Shown here: positions 39,963-50,586 of the stretch, one piece after another
How positions within the stretch are numbered: the stretch's first letter is position 1
How the letters are laid out: each line of letters opens with the position of its first letter
Source: an uncultured Ignavibacteriaceae bacterium
GTDB taxonomy: Bacteria; Bacteroidota; Ignavibacteria; Ignavibacteriales; Ignavibacteriaceae
Length of the DNA stretch: 64,000 nucleotides
Direction: 5' to 3'
NCBI GenBank assembly: GCA_963704275.1
Contig: CAVPHP010000006.1
Coordinates: forward strand, 8,352 to 72,351
Made by a program: the position numbers and the translations under genes
Notes under the pieces: model-generated
Seen by the model: only the letters and a program-made list of their open reading frames with translations
What the model was told of the DNA's origin: nothing
The model's database searches: none

Positions 39963-41069
39963 ATGAAAAAGATTTTAATTGCAATAACAATTTTTAGTTC
40001 GCTTTATTTTTTTAATGGATGTGATTCCAGAGTTAAACCTGCAACCGGTTTTGAAGATGAAATTTATATAGTTGCGGATTCATTAGAGTTTGAAGAATTA
40101 AAATTAGCATTGCAGTCTGCGTTTGAAGTTGAAATAAACACTCCGATGCCTGAAAAACTTTTTATACTAAAAAGAATTTCATCCAATTTAATTGATAAAG
40201 TTAAAAACAAAAAAAATATTGTAATTGTTGCTCCTTTAAATTCAAACTCATACACTTCGCAGTTTATTAAATCAATAGTTGATAAAGAGCTGCAAAAAAA
40301 ATTAGCAAGCGATGATAATTTTATTATCAGCAAATATAATTTATGGGCTAAAAATCAGCTTGTTACTGTTTTATCTGCTGCAAATATGCAGGAGCTTGAA
40401 TTTAAAATTTTAAAGAACAAAGACAACCTTTTATACGCATATCAAAAAATATCTGACAAGAGATTAAAAGAAAGTTTATACTCGCCGCGTTATGAAAGGA
40501 AGGCAATTGAAGGAAAACTATTACGTGATTATGGCTGGTTAATATACGTTCAGGCTGATTATAAGCTTGCGAAAAATGATTCTGTAAATAATTTTGTTTG
40601 GCTGCGCAGATCACCAGGCAGTGAAATGGAACGATGGATTTTTGTTCATTGGATAGACAATGCAACTCCGGAATATTTAAATGCTGATTCAATTAAAGCA
40701 ATAAGAAATCGGATGACAAAACAATATTATCAAGTGCGTGATGAGGATTCGGCGTATGTTGTTTTGGCTGACAGTTTTTACACAACAAGCGAAGTAAACT
40801 TTAATAATAGATACGCGCTTTACACACAAGGTTTATGGGATTTAAATATCAAAGGTATGGGCGGTCCGTTTGTTAATTATACGTTTTATGATGAGAAGAG
40901 CAAAAGATTATACATGCTTGATGGATCAATTTTTGCACCAAAATATTATAAACGAAATCTTATTCAACAAATAGATATAATACTTCAATCGTTTTTAACG
41001 AGAGATGAAATTTCAAAAGATCGCGCTGAAGATCTTATTGACGAAATAGATGACTCAATTAAGTTTTAA
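39963..41069 (+). CDS. lipoprotein of unknown function
   Basis: ATG at 39963 gives MKKILIAITIFSSLYFFNGCDS, a lipobox with Cys. The longer GTG-initiated track ORF from 39897 overlaps the shifted end of the upstream gene, so it was not used. Confidence 0.6.
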   Translation: MKKILIAITIFSSLYFFNGCDSRVKPATGFEDEIYIVADSLEFEELKLALQSAFEVEINTPMPEKLFILKRISSNLIDKVKNKKNIVIVAPLNSNSYTSQFIKSIVDKELQKKLASDDNFIISKYNLWAKNQLVTVLSAANMQELEFKILKNKDNLLYAYQKISDKRLKESLYSPRYERKAIEGKLLRDYGWLIYVQADYKLAKNDSVNNFVWLRRSPGSEMERWIFVHWIDNATPEYLNADSIKAIRNRMTKQYYQVRDEDSAYVVLADSFYTTSEVNFNNRYALYTQGLWDLNIKGMGGPFVNYTFYDEKSKRLYMLDGSIFAPKYYKRNLIQQIDIILQSFLTRDEISKDRAEDLIDEIDDSIKF

Positions 41070-43005
41070 ATTTGATAACGCCGGCGGCAGAACAACCTCT
41101 GGAAAATCTGCCGCTAATTTCATCATATAAATTTTTGCTCTATCCGACTTATTAAATTGCACTTCATATAATGCGCGGCTTATCAACATTGACCCAATAA
41201 ATCCTTTTAGCGAAGAAATGTATTTATCATCTCTGCTGTCAAATCTAATTTTAAAATCTGGTAAAGGCGCATCAACATATTCACCTGTTTTAACCACTTT
41301 AAATAAAAACAAATATGGAACAAGTGTATAACCTTCTGGAATCTGAAACTCACCACGTTTCATTTCACCATTAACAAGTTCTGGTGCAATAAAATAATCG
41401 TGCTTATTAATATTGGTTGAAATTAGTCCAGTCATAATTTTCCTATACAAAAGCTCCAATAGCTGGTTGTTGGTTTTATCTTTCTGTTCACGTTCAAATG
41501 GTTTTAACGCTTCAATAAACTGTTCAACTTCAGGATTTATACCTTTTAATAAGTTTGGGTGATTTGTTTCTAACTGATTATAGTACCAAGATCTTCTTAA
41601 TAATTCTTTATCAATTACAGATAACATCTTTTCTAAAATTTTCTACCAACTGAAAATAGTATGCTGCTGAAATAAAATAATCCCACTGATAGCTAAACAC
41701 AATTGAATTTTTAGGAAGTGAGTTTATTAATGTTTTAGTGTAATCTTCATAAATAAAATTATTTCTTTGATTCACTTGATCATAGTTTGAATAGAATTGC
41801 AATCCCAAAAATAAAATAAGAATTGAAATCGGAATTATAATTTTCATTTTATTTTTTGCTGCAAAGTTTATTATCTGCACAATTCCAAAAACTGCAAAAA
41901 ATGCAAGTGAGATGTACGCAAGTAAAAAGTATGAGTCTATATCGTTAATATCGTAGTTAATCGAATATAAAACCGTTGATAAAAATACTATGATATTAAA
42001 AATGAAAAATTTTATCGCTTTGATGAATGAGACTATCAAACCAACAACTACTATAATTAATGTTAATGAAAATTCTTTAGGAAGATTTCCAATAAAATAA
42101 TTAAACTGTTTTGCGGCAGCTTCGGTAGATGAGAAAAGCCAAACTTGATATTGCTGACCGGAAATGTGTCTGATTATGTGTTCCCAATCAGTTGGATTAC
42201 CCCAATTCATTGACGGATTTTGAGATGCGCGTATTGGCAGGTAGGAATAAATCAAAATCAAAATTGGGAAAAATATTAGAAGCATAAAAATAATTTGTTT
42301 TATACTTTTTGTATTGAATCCATTTTTTGCAAAGTACAAATAAGCAACACCAGGAATAATTAACAGTGTTGTCATGTGATTTGAAAATCCAAGTGCTAAC
42401 GTTACTGCAAACACAATCCAGTATTTTGAAATCGATTTTGCTAAATCAGAGAAAAGGAATGCTTTTATTAAAACAAAAATTACAATCGTTATTAATAAAA
42501 GATGTAAACTATAAACTTCAACCGAAGTACTTTGAAACCAAAAGGTTTTACTTAATGCAAGAAACAATCCGCTAAAAACAGCTGCAATAATTTTTATATT
42601 TTCAGATAATACAAATGTTGATTCAACAGATACAACTTTAGATTTATCAGATTGTTTTTTCTTCTTCGATTTTTCTTTTTTTACTTTTCTAAATTGAAAC
42701 GAATTAAGATTATCCAAAATGAATTTTGCTGTAAAACTAAAAATAACTGCTGCTGCAGCACAGTAAAGTGCAGCTAACAAGTTCATCTGAAATATTTTTG
42801 AAAAGGGAAGCGGCAGTAAAGAAAATAAATAACCAAGCATTGTATAAATTGGATAGCCGGTTGGATGTGCAATACCAAGTGTGCATTGAACAGCAGCTAA
42901 TTCGCCTGTATCAATTTCAATTACCGATGGGGCAATTGTCAATATATAAAACACAAAAGCGATTAATCCTGTTAATAAGTAATAATATTTTTGCAAGTTT
43001 TTCAT
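41055..43005 (-). pseudogene. DUF2723/TMEM260-like GT-C-fold membrane protein split by a frameshift near 41611-41627
   Basis: ORF 41611..43005 (multi-TM; APSVIEIDTGELAAVQCTLGIAHPTGYPIYTMLGY) ends ..ENFRKDVICN*. ORF 41055..41627 continues in another frame as ..SVIDKELLRRSWYYNQ... Confidence 0.65.
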
Positions 43006-43020
43006 TTTATGTTTTAAATA

Positions 43021-45813
43021 TTAATTAAAAATGTTTTTGTAAATAATTCTTGTTTGTTCCTGTAACTCGTAAAGATTTTTTAAGAATAAATCGGTTTCGG
43101 AAAATCCACACATTATAGAAAGCTTATTAATTTTTAATCTTTCAGTCGGAATTTTTGAAAGTTTATTATTAAAAACCAATTGATTAAAAAGTTCAATCCT
43201 TTTAAGGGTTAAGAAATTACTTTCTAACAGCTCAATATTTATATCTTCGTTTGAAGTTTGATTTAAAAGATAAAATGAATTTTCAGCGCTCAATTTCTTC
43301 CGCTCGATCAATAAATTTGATTTTTTTAAAAATAAAAACGAGATAATAAAATCAATATCGGTCAATCCACCGCTGCTTTTTTTAATGTTAAAAGACGAAT
43401 CGCTGATTGGATAAAGCTTTTTTCTCATCTCAATCATTTCTTTTTTGATTAGCGATTCATCTTTTTCCTTTACGGTTTTGATATAATGATTATAGAAATT
43501 ATTAAACAATTTAATTTCACCAAAAATAAATCTGCATTTGGTAAAAGCTTGTAGTTCCCAAACCCTTGCGCGGTTGGAAAAATATCTTTTATAGTCTTCA
43601 ATATCCCAAACAAGTTGACTGCTTTTACCTTCCGGTCGCAGTTGGCAATCAATTTCAAGACCTGGCAAATCAATCCTAAAATTTCGCAATAAATTCTGAA
43701 AATCTTTTTGAATTGCAGGATATTCATTAATATTTTCTACAACAAAAATTAAATCAATATCCGATGCAAAAGATAATTCACTGGTTCCAAAACTTCCCAT
43801 TGCTGCAATAAAGAAATCATTTTTCCAATTCTTATCATCAATAAAATTTTGAGTGGTTGAAATAATTTTATGATTTAGATATTCAGTATATAATTTTGAA
43901 AACTTATTTGGGGCAATAATATCAGCGCATAATTGCACAGATGTTCTGAAATAAAAATCTTTTAAAGTAAGAAAACCCCAAATATTTTTATCAATCCGCG
44001 TTAAAGAATCACGCGATAAAAAAATATCGCGCAAGAATTTATCTTCCGCAAAAAGATCAATCGATTTTTGAGAACGTTCACATAAAATAAGAAACAACTT
44101 GAAAAATTTATTATCTAAAAATTCCTTATACCAGATTTTAGGAAAATGTGCATTACGAATAATTCTTACAAAGTTCTCTAAAATTAAATCAGGATCTATA
44201 GAATCAATTAAAAAATTATAAAGTTCGTTTTCAATTTTCTCAAATGTGGTTGTTGTTCGATTATCAAATTGTTTTTTATCAAAAAGACTTTTCCCTGACT
44301 GAAGAAAATCAAAATTACTTTTTGCCCTTTTGGAATCATTAAAACTAATTCTATCAAAATCAATTTTAGTTTCTTCAGATGCAATAATCCCAACAATTGA
44401 ATTATAAATACTCTGCACATTTTCTTTGCAGTTTTTAAGATACTCTTTGAATGATTTCAAATCCTTAAACTTTAAAAAGTGTGAAAGCTTTTCAGCTAAT
44501 TCGCCATCAGCAGGAATAGTGTGCGTTTGCAAATCATTCATTAGCTGAAGATAATGTTCTGCCTTGCGATAAAGCGTGTATGCACTTTTAAAATTATTTG
44601 CTTCTTCTTTTGATAAAATATTTTTATTAGAAAGTTTATCCATTGCTATTAAAGAATTTCCTGTTCGGATGTCTAAATATTTTCCACCGTTAAGCAGTTG
44701 AAGAGCCTGCAAAGAAAATTCTATATCACGAATGCCGCCTGAAACAAGTTTAATATTGTCATCGGATTTATTTTTTTGCTCGATGTTTGATTTTAATTTT
44801 TTAATTTGCTCTATTGGCGAAATTGTAAAAGAGGCGGGATAAATAAATCGTGAAACTGAATTTGTAAATTTATTGTACAAAGTTTTACTGCCGCACAGAT
44901 AATTTGCTTTGATGAGCATTTGTCTTTCCCAATCTTCACCGCGTGTTTCGTAATAATGTAAATATTCAGAATAACTTCCGCACAAAGGCGCATTTCTTCC
45001 ATCGGGGCGGAGTCTAAAATCAACTCGGTATAAAAATCCAGCGCCGGTTTTTTTGCTTGCCGTTTCTATAAAAAGTAAAATCGTTTCCGAAAGAATTTGG
45101 TTGTAGTAAACCCTTTTATTTAAGAGCGAATTCTTATCATAAAAAGCAATTAGATCAATATCAGAACTATAATTCAATTCACCGCCGCCAAGTTTACCGA
45201 GTGAAATTAAAACATACCTGCGTGCAGTTTTTTCAATGTAATACTTCGATAAAATTTCATTATAACACAAATCAAAAAGCGCTGAGGATATTGAATTTGA
45301 AAGTTCAGTGAGAAATCGAGTAATATTAATTAACTCATCTTTTAGGTAAATGTCTTTTAAACCAATTCTCAAAATTTCTTTTCGTTTAAAATTTCTTATC
45401 GCATTTACTTTTGATTCAAAAGATTTATAAGATGAAATTGTTTTTTCTAAACTGATTCCAAAATATTTTTCATCAAGACTTTGTTCCAAAACAGATGGAT
45501 TTATAATCCAATGAAAATACTCCGGATTTCTTACGAGTATATCAGTTAAGTAATTACTATTGTTAGATAGCCTAATTAGAATTTCAATTTGATGGGGATA
45601 CTTTAAACATTCATTAATAAAAAAAGCAATATCAAATTGATTTTGAACAATGCGAAGTAGATTTGATTCGGATGTTTTAGTGAAGTAATGAAGTTTGGTT
45701 TCGTTTTCAATTTTAGATAAAAATTCCTCAAGCAAGTTTTGAGATACTTTTCCCGCAGCTTTTTCAATAAGCTTTGTAATAAAATCTTGCGAAAGAAATT
45801 TTTGTTTGAACAT
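43021..45813 (-). CDS. glnE: bifunctional glutamine synthetase adenylyltransferase/adenylyl-removing enzyme
   Basis: 930 aa with two nucleotidyltransferase cores: GKLGGGELNYSSDIDLIAFY and AAMGSFGTSELSFASDIDLIFVV. Each is followed by YRVDFRLRP / CQLRPEG-type motifs. Confidence 0.8.
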   Translation of the reverse strand: MFKQKFLSQDFITKLIEKAAGKVSQNLLEEFLSKIENETKLHYFTKTSESNLLRIVQNQFDIAFFINECLKYPHQIEILIRLSNNSNYLTDILVRNPEYFHWIINPSVLEQSLDEKYFGISLEKTISSYKSFESKVNAIRNFKRKEILRIGLKDIYLKDELINITRFLTELSNSISSALFDLCYNEILSKYYIEKTARRYVLISLGKLGGGELNYSSDIDLIAFYDKNSLLNKRVYYNQILSETILLFIETASKKTGAGFLYRVDFRLRPDGRNAPLCGSYSEYLHYYETRGEDWERQMLIKANYLCGSKTLYNKFTNSVSRFIYPASFTISPIEQIKKLKSNIEQKNKSDDNIKLVSGGIRDIEFSLQALQLLNGGKYLDIRTGNSLIAMDKLSNKNILSKEEANNFKSAYTLYRKAEHYLQLMNDLQTHTIPADGELAEKLSHFLKFKDLKSFKEYLKNCKENVQSIYNSIVGIIASEETKIDFDRISFNDSKRAKSNFDFLQSGKSLFDKKQFDNRTTTTFEKIENELYNFLIDSIDPDLILENFVRIIRNAHFPKIWYKEFLDNKFFKLFLILCERSQKSIDLFAEDKFLRDIFLSRDSLTRIDKNIWGFLTLKDFYFRTSVQLCADIIAPNKFSKLYTEYLNHKIISTTQNFIDDKNWKNDFFIAAMGSFGTSELSFASDIDLIFVVENINEYPAIQKDFQNLLRNFRIDLPGLEIDCQLRPEGKSSQLVWDIEDYKRYFSNRARVWELQAFTKCRFIFGEIKLFNNFYNHYIKTVKEKDESLIKKEMIEMRKKLYPISDSSFNIKKSSGGLTDIDFIISFLFLKKSNLLIERKKLSAENSFYLLNQTSNEDINIELLESNFLTLKRIELFNQLVFNNKLSKIPTERLKINKLSIMCGFSETDLFLKNLYELQEQTRIIYKNIFN

Positions 45814-45897
45814 TAATAATTTTGTTTTTTTTCAACAGGAATCTAATATTAAACCGCGTATAATTAAAAGTTTATCACATCAGAATCGGAGAATATC

Positions 45898-46689
45898 ATG
45901 AAGCAGATAATGCTGATATTAAGCGTAATTGTTTTTATAAGCTCAACAAGTTTTTCACAAAAAGTTGAAGAGAGAAATGATTTTAAAAAATATTTTAATG
46001 AATACGAACACGATGGCTGTTTTGTTCTGTATGATTTGAAGAAGGATACTTATTTAAAGTATAACTCAAAACGGTGCGAAGAAAAATTTATTCCTGCTTC
46101 AACATTTAAAATATTTAATTCACTTGTTGGATTAGAAACCAGAGCCGTAAAAGATCAGTTTGAAATTTTTAAATGGGACAGCGTAAAAAGATTCTATGAG
46201 ATGTGGAATCAGGATCTTGATATGGTGAAGGCATTTAAATATTCGGGAGTATGGTTTTATCAAGAACTTGCAAGAAAAATTGGCGAAGAAAAAATGCAGC
46301 ATTACATCTCTTTAAATCATTATGGAAATGAAAATATTAGTGGTGGTATAGATAAATTTTGGCTTGATGGCGGATTAAGAATTTCTGCGGATGAACAAAT
46401 TGAAATGTTAAAAAACCTTTACGATAACAAACTAAATTTTTCTCAGCGAAGTATGGACATAGTTAAAAACATTATGATTTATGATCAAACTGATGTGTAC
46501 ACAATACGAGCTAAAACAGGCTGGGCAGTAAGAGTTGAAGATCAAGTAGGCTGGTTTGTTGGATATGTTGAGAAGGGAAGTGCTGTTTATTTTTTTGCGT
46601 TAAATATTGAATCTGAAAAACCGGAAGAAGGATTTACATCAAGAAAAGATATTACGCTTAATATTTTAAAGCATCTTAAAATTATTTAA
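45898..46689 (+). CDS. class D (OXA-like) beta-lactamase
   Basis: Signal peptide present. The motifs are STFK (PASTFKIFNS), SxV (KYSGVWFYQELAR), YGNENISGGIDKFWLDGGLRIS, KTG (AKTGWAV) and WFVGY. Confidence 0.85.
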   Translation: MKQIMLILSVIVFISSTSFSQKVEERNDFKKYFNEYEHDGCFVLYDLKKDTYLKYNSKRCEEKFIPASTFKIFNSLVGLETRAVKDQFEIFKWDSVKRFYEMWNQDLDMVKAFKYSGVWFYQELARKIGEEKMQHYISLNHYGNENISGGIDKFWLDGGLRISADEQIEMLKNLYDNKLNFSQRSMDIVKNIMIYDQTDVYTIRAKTGWAVRVEDQVGWFVGYVEKGSAVYFFALNIESEKPEEGFTSRKDITLNILKHLKII

Positions 46690-46902
46690 CTCTATCAATC
46701 AAAAAGAAATTTTATTTAATATGGATTTAAATGTGAAAAAATAAAAATCTGTAAACAGAATACCACCAACTTTAAATAATGTAATTCTTACTCAGATAGA
46801 AAATTATTTTGCCGGAGTTTTTTCTGGGGATTTAAGTATAATGTTACAGATTAATCAATTTTGCTCATGTTGACTGCTGCTCAAGTAATTTTACTCAAAA
46901 AA

Positions 46903-46927
46903 AAGGCTGCCTTTTTAGACAGCCTTT
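46903..46927 (-). terminator. rho-independent terminator of the 46947..47648 gene
   Basis: On the minus strand the sequence is aaggctg-tctaaaaagg-cagcctt followed by tttttttt. Confidence 0.6.
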
Positions 46928-46946
46928 TCTAATAAATTATTTTTAT

Positions 46947-47648
46947 TTAGTTGGTTTTATCAGTGTATTCCATAACAGTTTGATAACCGAATAATCTAAT
47001 TCCTACGACACCATATTTACCGTATTCTGGAATTACAAAACTTGTACTCCAAGGTTTTTGTAAGAACACAAAATAGCTTTTATCTTTTGTGATAATTTCT
47101 GCAAAAATTGATTTTAAACTTGAAGGCCAGATTCCACCACATTCAACTTTGATTGTACCCTCTGAGGATTTCCAATCTTTAACAGCAACTTCATTCATAC
47201 TTGTGTTATTGTTAAATGGAGAAACAGTTTCTGTGGAAAAATTTCCAAGTGGAAGACCATAAACACTTATATTATGAACCTGATTTAAATTAACACCATT
47301 TAATTTAAATGACTGATCATCAAATTCATCTATAAAAAACATTCGAGGGGAAACTTCACTAAAATATGATACTAGAACATATACATGACGATATTTTTGA
47401 CCAGTTTCTGTCATATAGAATTCAATTGCATTTTCTCCTTCAAGACTAAGATATTTTAATCCTTCTACAGAAGTGAAATTGAAAAGATATGAATATGGAT
47501 AAATTGGCGAAGGATGATTAATTGAACCAATTTCGACACCCGATTTTTCCATAACAGGATTTGTTAGAAATGAATTATCAGATACGTCTGAACAAGAAAC
47601 GAGAACGAGAGAAAAGAACGCGACAAAAAGAACTACTAAGTTTTTCAT
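46947..47648 (-). CDS. lipoprotein of unknown function
   Basis: MKNLVVLFVAFFSLVLVSCSD lipobox. No recognised motifs. 233 aa. Confidence 0.55.
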   Translation of the reverse strand: MKNLVVLFVAFFSLVLVSCSDVSDNSFLTNPVMEKSGVEIGSINHPSPIYPYSYLFNFTSVEGLKYLSLEGENAIEFYMTETGQKYRHVYVLVSYFSEVSPRMFFIDEFDDQSFKLNGVNLNQVHNISVYGLPLGNFSTETVSPFNNNTSMNEVAVKDWKSSEGTIKVECGGIWPSSLKSIFAEIITKDKSYFVFLQKPWSTSFVIPEYGKYGVVGIRLFGYQTVMEYTDKTN

Positions 47649-47883
47649 GAGAGCCCCTATTTATATTGTTGTTGATTATTTATTTGGTTTTTTACCAGTT
47701 GGTCTTAACACGACAAATAGCGTACCGATTCTGGCATCAGCCAAAAAGTTGGATTAAATTACTATAGATAAGTTTAGAAATCGCATGAAGTACAATTTTT
47801 ACATGAAAATTTTGTCATCGGTAAAACTTACCTAAAGTATATACGCCAATCTAAAAGGATAGAATTGTAGATTAACAATAAAT

Positions 47884-47914
47884 TTGCATTTTTGTTTGAA
47901 TAAAAATATATTTG
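47884..47914 (+). promoter_or_regulatory. candidate promoter of the tRNA/rpmG cluster
   Basis: TTGCAT (47884..47889), a 17-nt spacer, then TATATTTG (47907..47914). This matches both a sigma-70 -10 and the Bacteroidota TAnnTTTG motif. It lies 29 nt upstream of tRNA-Tyr. Confidence 0.4.
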
Positions 47915-47942
47915 TCGCTCGCTTTTATTTTAGCATTACTAT

Positions 47943-48026
47943 GGGCGGACGCCGGAGTTGGAGAGCCGGGGCGGACTGTAAATCCGTTGGCATGCGCCTT
48001 TGGGGGTTCGAATCCCTCGCCGCCCA
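47943..48026 (+). tRNA. tRNA-Tyr (GTA), long variable arm
   Basis: gggcgga cg ccgg agttggagag ccgg g gcgga ctGTAaa tccgt tggcatgcgccttt ggggg ttcgaat ccctc gccgccc a. Length 84 nt, with one A7-G66 mismatch in my fold. Confidence 0.85.
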
Positions 48027-48093
48027 CATAAAATAGTATTTATTAAGAGTTTCTAATTAGAAACTTTTTTGTTCTTTGTGAGTTTTGAAAATT

Positions 48094-48170
<77 letters not shown>

Positions 48171-48214
48171 AATGCACTGAATAGTTATTGGTTTTTATGT
48201 GTTATCACAGCTCC

Positions 48215-48287
48215 GCTGACGTAGCTCAGTTGGTAGAGCACATCCTTGGTAAGGATGAGGTCACCGGTTCAATCCCGGTCGTCAGCT
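48215..48287 (+). tRNA. tRNA-Thr (GGT)
   Basis: gctgacg ta gctc agttggta gagc a catcc ttGGTaa ggatg aggtc accgg ttcaatc ccggt cgtcagc t. Length 73 nt. Confidence 0.9.
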
Positions 48288-48324
48288 CAACAGAAAAGGT
48301 TTGAATAGTTTTAAGGAATAGGAA

Positions 48325-48489
48325 ATGGCAAAAAGCAATATAAGACAAATAATCGTTTTGGAAAGCACTGCTGGCACTGGTTATAGATATTCTACAACAA
48401 AGAATAAAAGAACACATCCAGCACGAGTTGAGTACAAAAAGTACGATCCTGTCGCTAGAAAACACGTTATTTTTAAAGAAACCAAATAA
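48325..48489 (+). CDS. rpmG: 50S ribosomal protein L33 (54 aa, below the ORF-track cutoff)
   Basis: Translation is [54 protein letters not shown]. An aggaa RBS-like sequence lies upstream. Confidence 0.9.
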   Translation: MAKSNIRQIIVLESTAGTGYRYSTTKNKRTHPARVEYKKYDPVARKHVIFKETK

Positions 48490-48494
48490 TTGAT

Positions 48495-48567
48495 ACGTCA
48501 GTGGCTCAATTGGTAGAGCAGCGGTCTCCAAAACCGCAGGTTGGGGGTTCGAGTCCCTCCTGACGTG
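48495..48567 (+). tRNA. tRNA-Trp (CCA)
   Basis: acgtcag tg gctc aattggta gagc a gcggt ctCCAaa accgc aggtt ggggg ttcgagt ccctc ctgacgt g. Length 73 nt. Confidence 0.9.
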
Positions 48568-48587
48568 CTGAATTTTGAAAGGTTATT

Positions 48588-48770
48588 ATGAAAGATAAAA
48601 TAATTGCATTCTTTCAGGATGTTGTTAAAGAGATGAGAAAAGTTACTTGGCCTACAAAAGCAGAACTTCTTGAGTCTACTAAGGTTGTAATTATTGTGTG
48701 TATTGTTCTTTCGCTTTTTACATACATAATTGATATGATTATAAATCAAGCTTTTAAAGGGATTTTTTAG
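48588..48770 (+). CDS. secE: preprotein translocase subunit SecE
   Basis: 60 aa: FFQDVVKEMRKVTWPTKAELLESTKVVIIVCIVLSLF. Position is immediately upstream of nusG. Confidence 0.85.
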   Translation: MKDKIIAFFQDVVKEMRKVTWPTKAELLESTKVVIIVCIVLSLFTYIIDMIINQAFKGIF

Positions 48771-48782
48771 GTGCAGAAGTAA

Positions 48783-49319
48783 ATGGAAACCAGATGGTAT
48801 GTTGTCAGAACTTTTTCAGGTCATGAAACAAAGGTTAAAACCTTTTTAGAAGCTGGGCTAAACGAACACGAACATCTAAAAGCAAAAGTTTTAGAGATTC
48901 TTGTTCCAATGGAAAAGGTTTTTGAAGTTAAAGATGGTAAGAAAAAGAGCAAAACAAAGAACTTTTTTCCCGGATATATTTTAGTTAATGTAGAATTAGA
49001 TAATCAAGTTAAAGATTTTATTCTAAGCACTCCTTCCGTAATGGGATTTTTAGGAACTGGCGGCAATCCAAACCCACTTCAACCAGAAGAAGTTAGACGA
49101 ATTGTTGGAAGACTTTCTCAAGACAGTTCAACAGAAAGAATGGAAACGATATTTAGAAGCGGCGATCTTGTTAAAATAATAGATGGTCCATTCAATAACT
49201 TCTCAGGTTTGATTGAAGAGGTTAATGAAGAAAAAATGAAAATTAAAGTGATGGTATCGATTTTTGGCAGAAAAACACCTGTTGAAATCGATTTCGTTCA
49301 AGCTGAAATAGAAAAATAA
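48783..49319 (+). CDS. nusG: transcription termination/antitermination factor NusG
   Basis: WYVVRTFSGHETKVK (NGN domain), FPGYILV, and the C-terminal KOW GDLVKIIDGPFNNFSGLIEEV. Confidence 0.95.
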   Translation: METRWYVVRTFSGHETKVKTFLEAGLNEHEHLKAKVLEILVPMEKVFEVKDGKKKSKTKNFFPGYILVNVELDNQVKDFILSTPSVMGFLGTGGNPNPLQPEEVRRIVGRLSQDSSTERMETIFRSGDLVKIIDGPFNNFSGLIEEVNEEKMKIKVMVSIFGRKTPVEIDFVQAEIEK

Positions 49320-49344
49320 TTATTTGATATTATAGGTTGTAAAA

Positions 49345-49770
49345 ATGGCTAAAAAAATTGATTCATATATAAAATTACAAATTCCTGCCGGCAAAGCTAA
49401 TCCATCTCCTCCGGTTGGTCCTGCTCTCGGTCAAAAAGGTGTTAATATCATGGAGTTCTGTAAGCAATTTAATGCAAGAACTCAAGATAAAGATGGATTG
49501 ATAATTCCTGTTGTTATTACTGTTTTTAGTGATAAATCTTTTACGTTTATAACTAAAACTCCACCCGCATCTGTGCTATTAAAAAGAGCCGCCAAACTTG
49601 AAAAAGGTTCTGCCGAATCCCACAGAACAAAAGTTGGAAAAGTTTCTAAAAATCAGGTTAAAGAAATTGCTGAAGTTAAAATGCCGGATCTTAATGCATT
49701 TGATATTGATCATGCAATGAGCATGGTTGCTGGAACTGCAAGAAGTATGGGAATTACAGTAGAAGAATAA
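49345..49770 (+). CDS. rplK: 50S ribosomal protein L11
   Basis: [36 protein letters not shown]. Confidence 0.97.
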   Translation: MAKKIDSYIKLQIPAGKANPSPPVGPALGQKGVNIMEFCKQFNARTQDKDGLIIPVVITVFSDKSFTFITKTPPASVLLKRAAKLEKGSAESHRTKVGKVSKNQVKEIAEVKMPDLNAFDIDHAMSMVAGTARSMGITVEE

Positions 49771-49814
49771 ATAAAATATTTATTTGATGTTTTTAAATTT
49801 ATTGGTGATTAAAG

Positions 49815-50513
49815 ATGCAAACCACAAAAAGAAATAAAGAAATTATTAAATCCGTAAATGTAGATAAAGAGTACACTTTGCCGGAAGCAATATCAATCTT
49901 AAAAGATCAATCAAAAGTAAAATTTGTAGAATCTTTAGATTGTGCAATTAGATTAGGTGTTGATCCAAGACACGCGGATCAAATGGTAAGAGGTACAGTT
50001 TCTTTACCACACGGAACAGGAAAAACAGTAAAAGTTCTTGTAATTGCTAAAGGTGCAAAAATACAAGAAGCTTTAGATGCTGGTGCTGATCATGCTGGAT
50101 TTGAAGATCAACTTGAAAAAATAAAAGGCGGCTGGGCAGATGTTGATGTAATCGTTGCAACCCCAGATTCAATGGCAGAACTTGGAAAGCTTGGAAAAAT
50201 TTTAGGACCAAAAGGACTTATGCCTAATCCAAAAAGCGGTACAGTAACTATGGATGTTGCTAAAGCTGTTAAAGAAGTAAAGGGCGGAAAAATTGAATTT
50301 AGAGTTGAAAAAACAGGTATAGTTCATACTTCTTTAGGAAAACTTAATTTTGAAACAGATAAACTTGTTGATAATACAAAAGCTTTTCTTAACACAATCA
50401 TTAAGATGAGACCTTCATCTGCTAAGGGCATTTATGTTAAGAGTTTGTTTTTATCAAGTACAATGGGTCCTGGCCTTAAAATCTCTAAAGAAGAATTAAG
50501 TCTTAACGTATAA
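49815..50513 (+). CDS. rplA: 50S ribosomal protein L1
   Basis: FVESLDCAIRLGVDPRHADQMVRGTVSLPHGTGK. Confidence 0.97.
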   Translation: MQTTKRNKEIIKSVNVDKEYTLPEAISILKDQSKVKFVESLDCAIRLGVDPRHADQMVRGTVSLPHGTGKTVKVLVIAKGAKIQEALDAGADHAGFEDQLEKIKGGWADVDVIVATPDSMAELGKLGKILGPKGLMPNPKSGTVTMDVAKAVKEVKGGKIEFRVEKTGIVHTSLGKLNFETDKLVDNTKAFLNTIIKMRPSSAKGIYVKSLFLSSTMGPGLKISKEELSLNV

Positions 50514-50586
50514 AAGAATTTACGCGCTCGTAATAAATAATAGCTTCTAACCGACCCGAAATAATAAAATGTGATACGGGAGAAAA

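Noticed and set aside
48226-48749. Two minus-strand ORFs (101 aa and 83 aa) across the tRNA-Thr / rpmG / tRNA-Trp / secE region
   Set aside because: They overlap three confidently folded features (two tRNAs and L33) and secE. Translations such as ELTTGIEPVTSSLPRMCSTN are simply tRNA sequence read as protein.
50514-50586. Possible L10 (rplJ) autoregulatory leader structure
   Set aside because: I could not identify a convincing conserved fold or rRNA-mimic by eye. It needs an Rfam L10_leader search.
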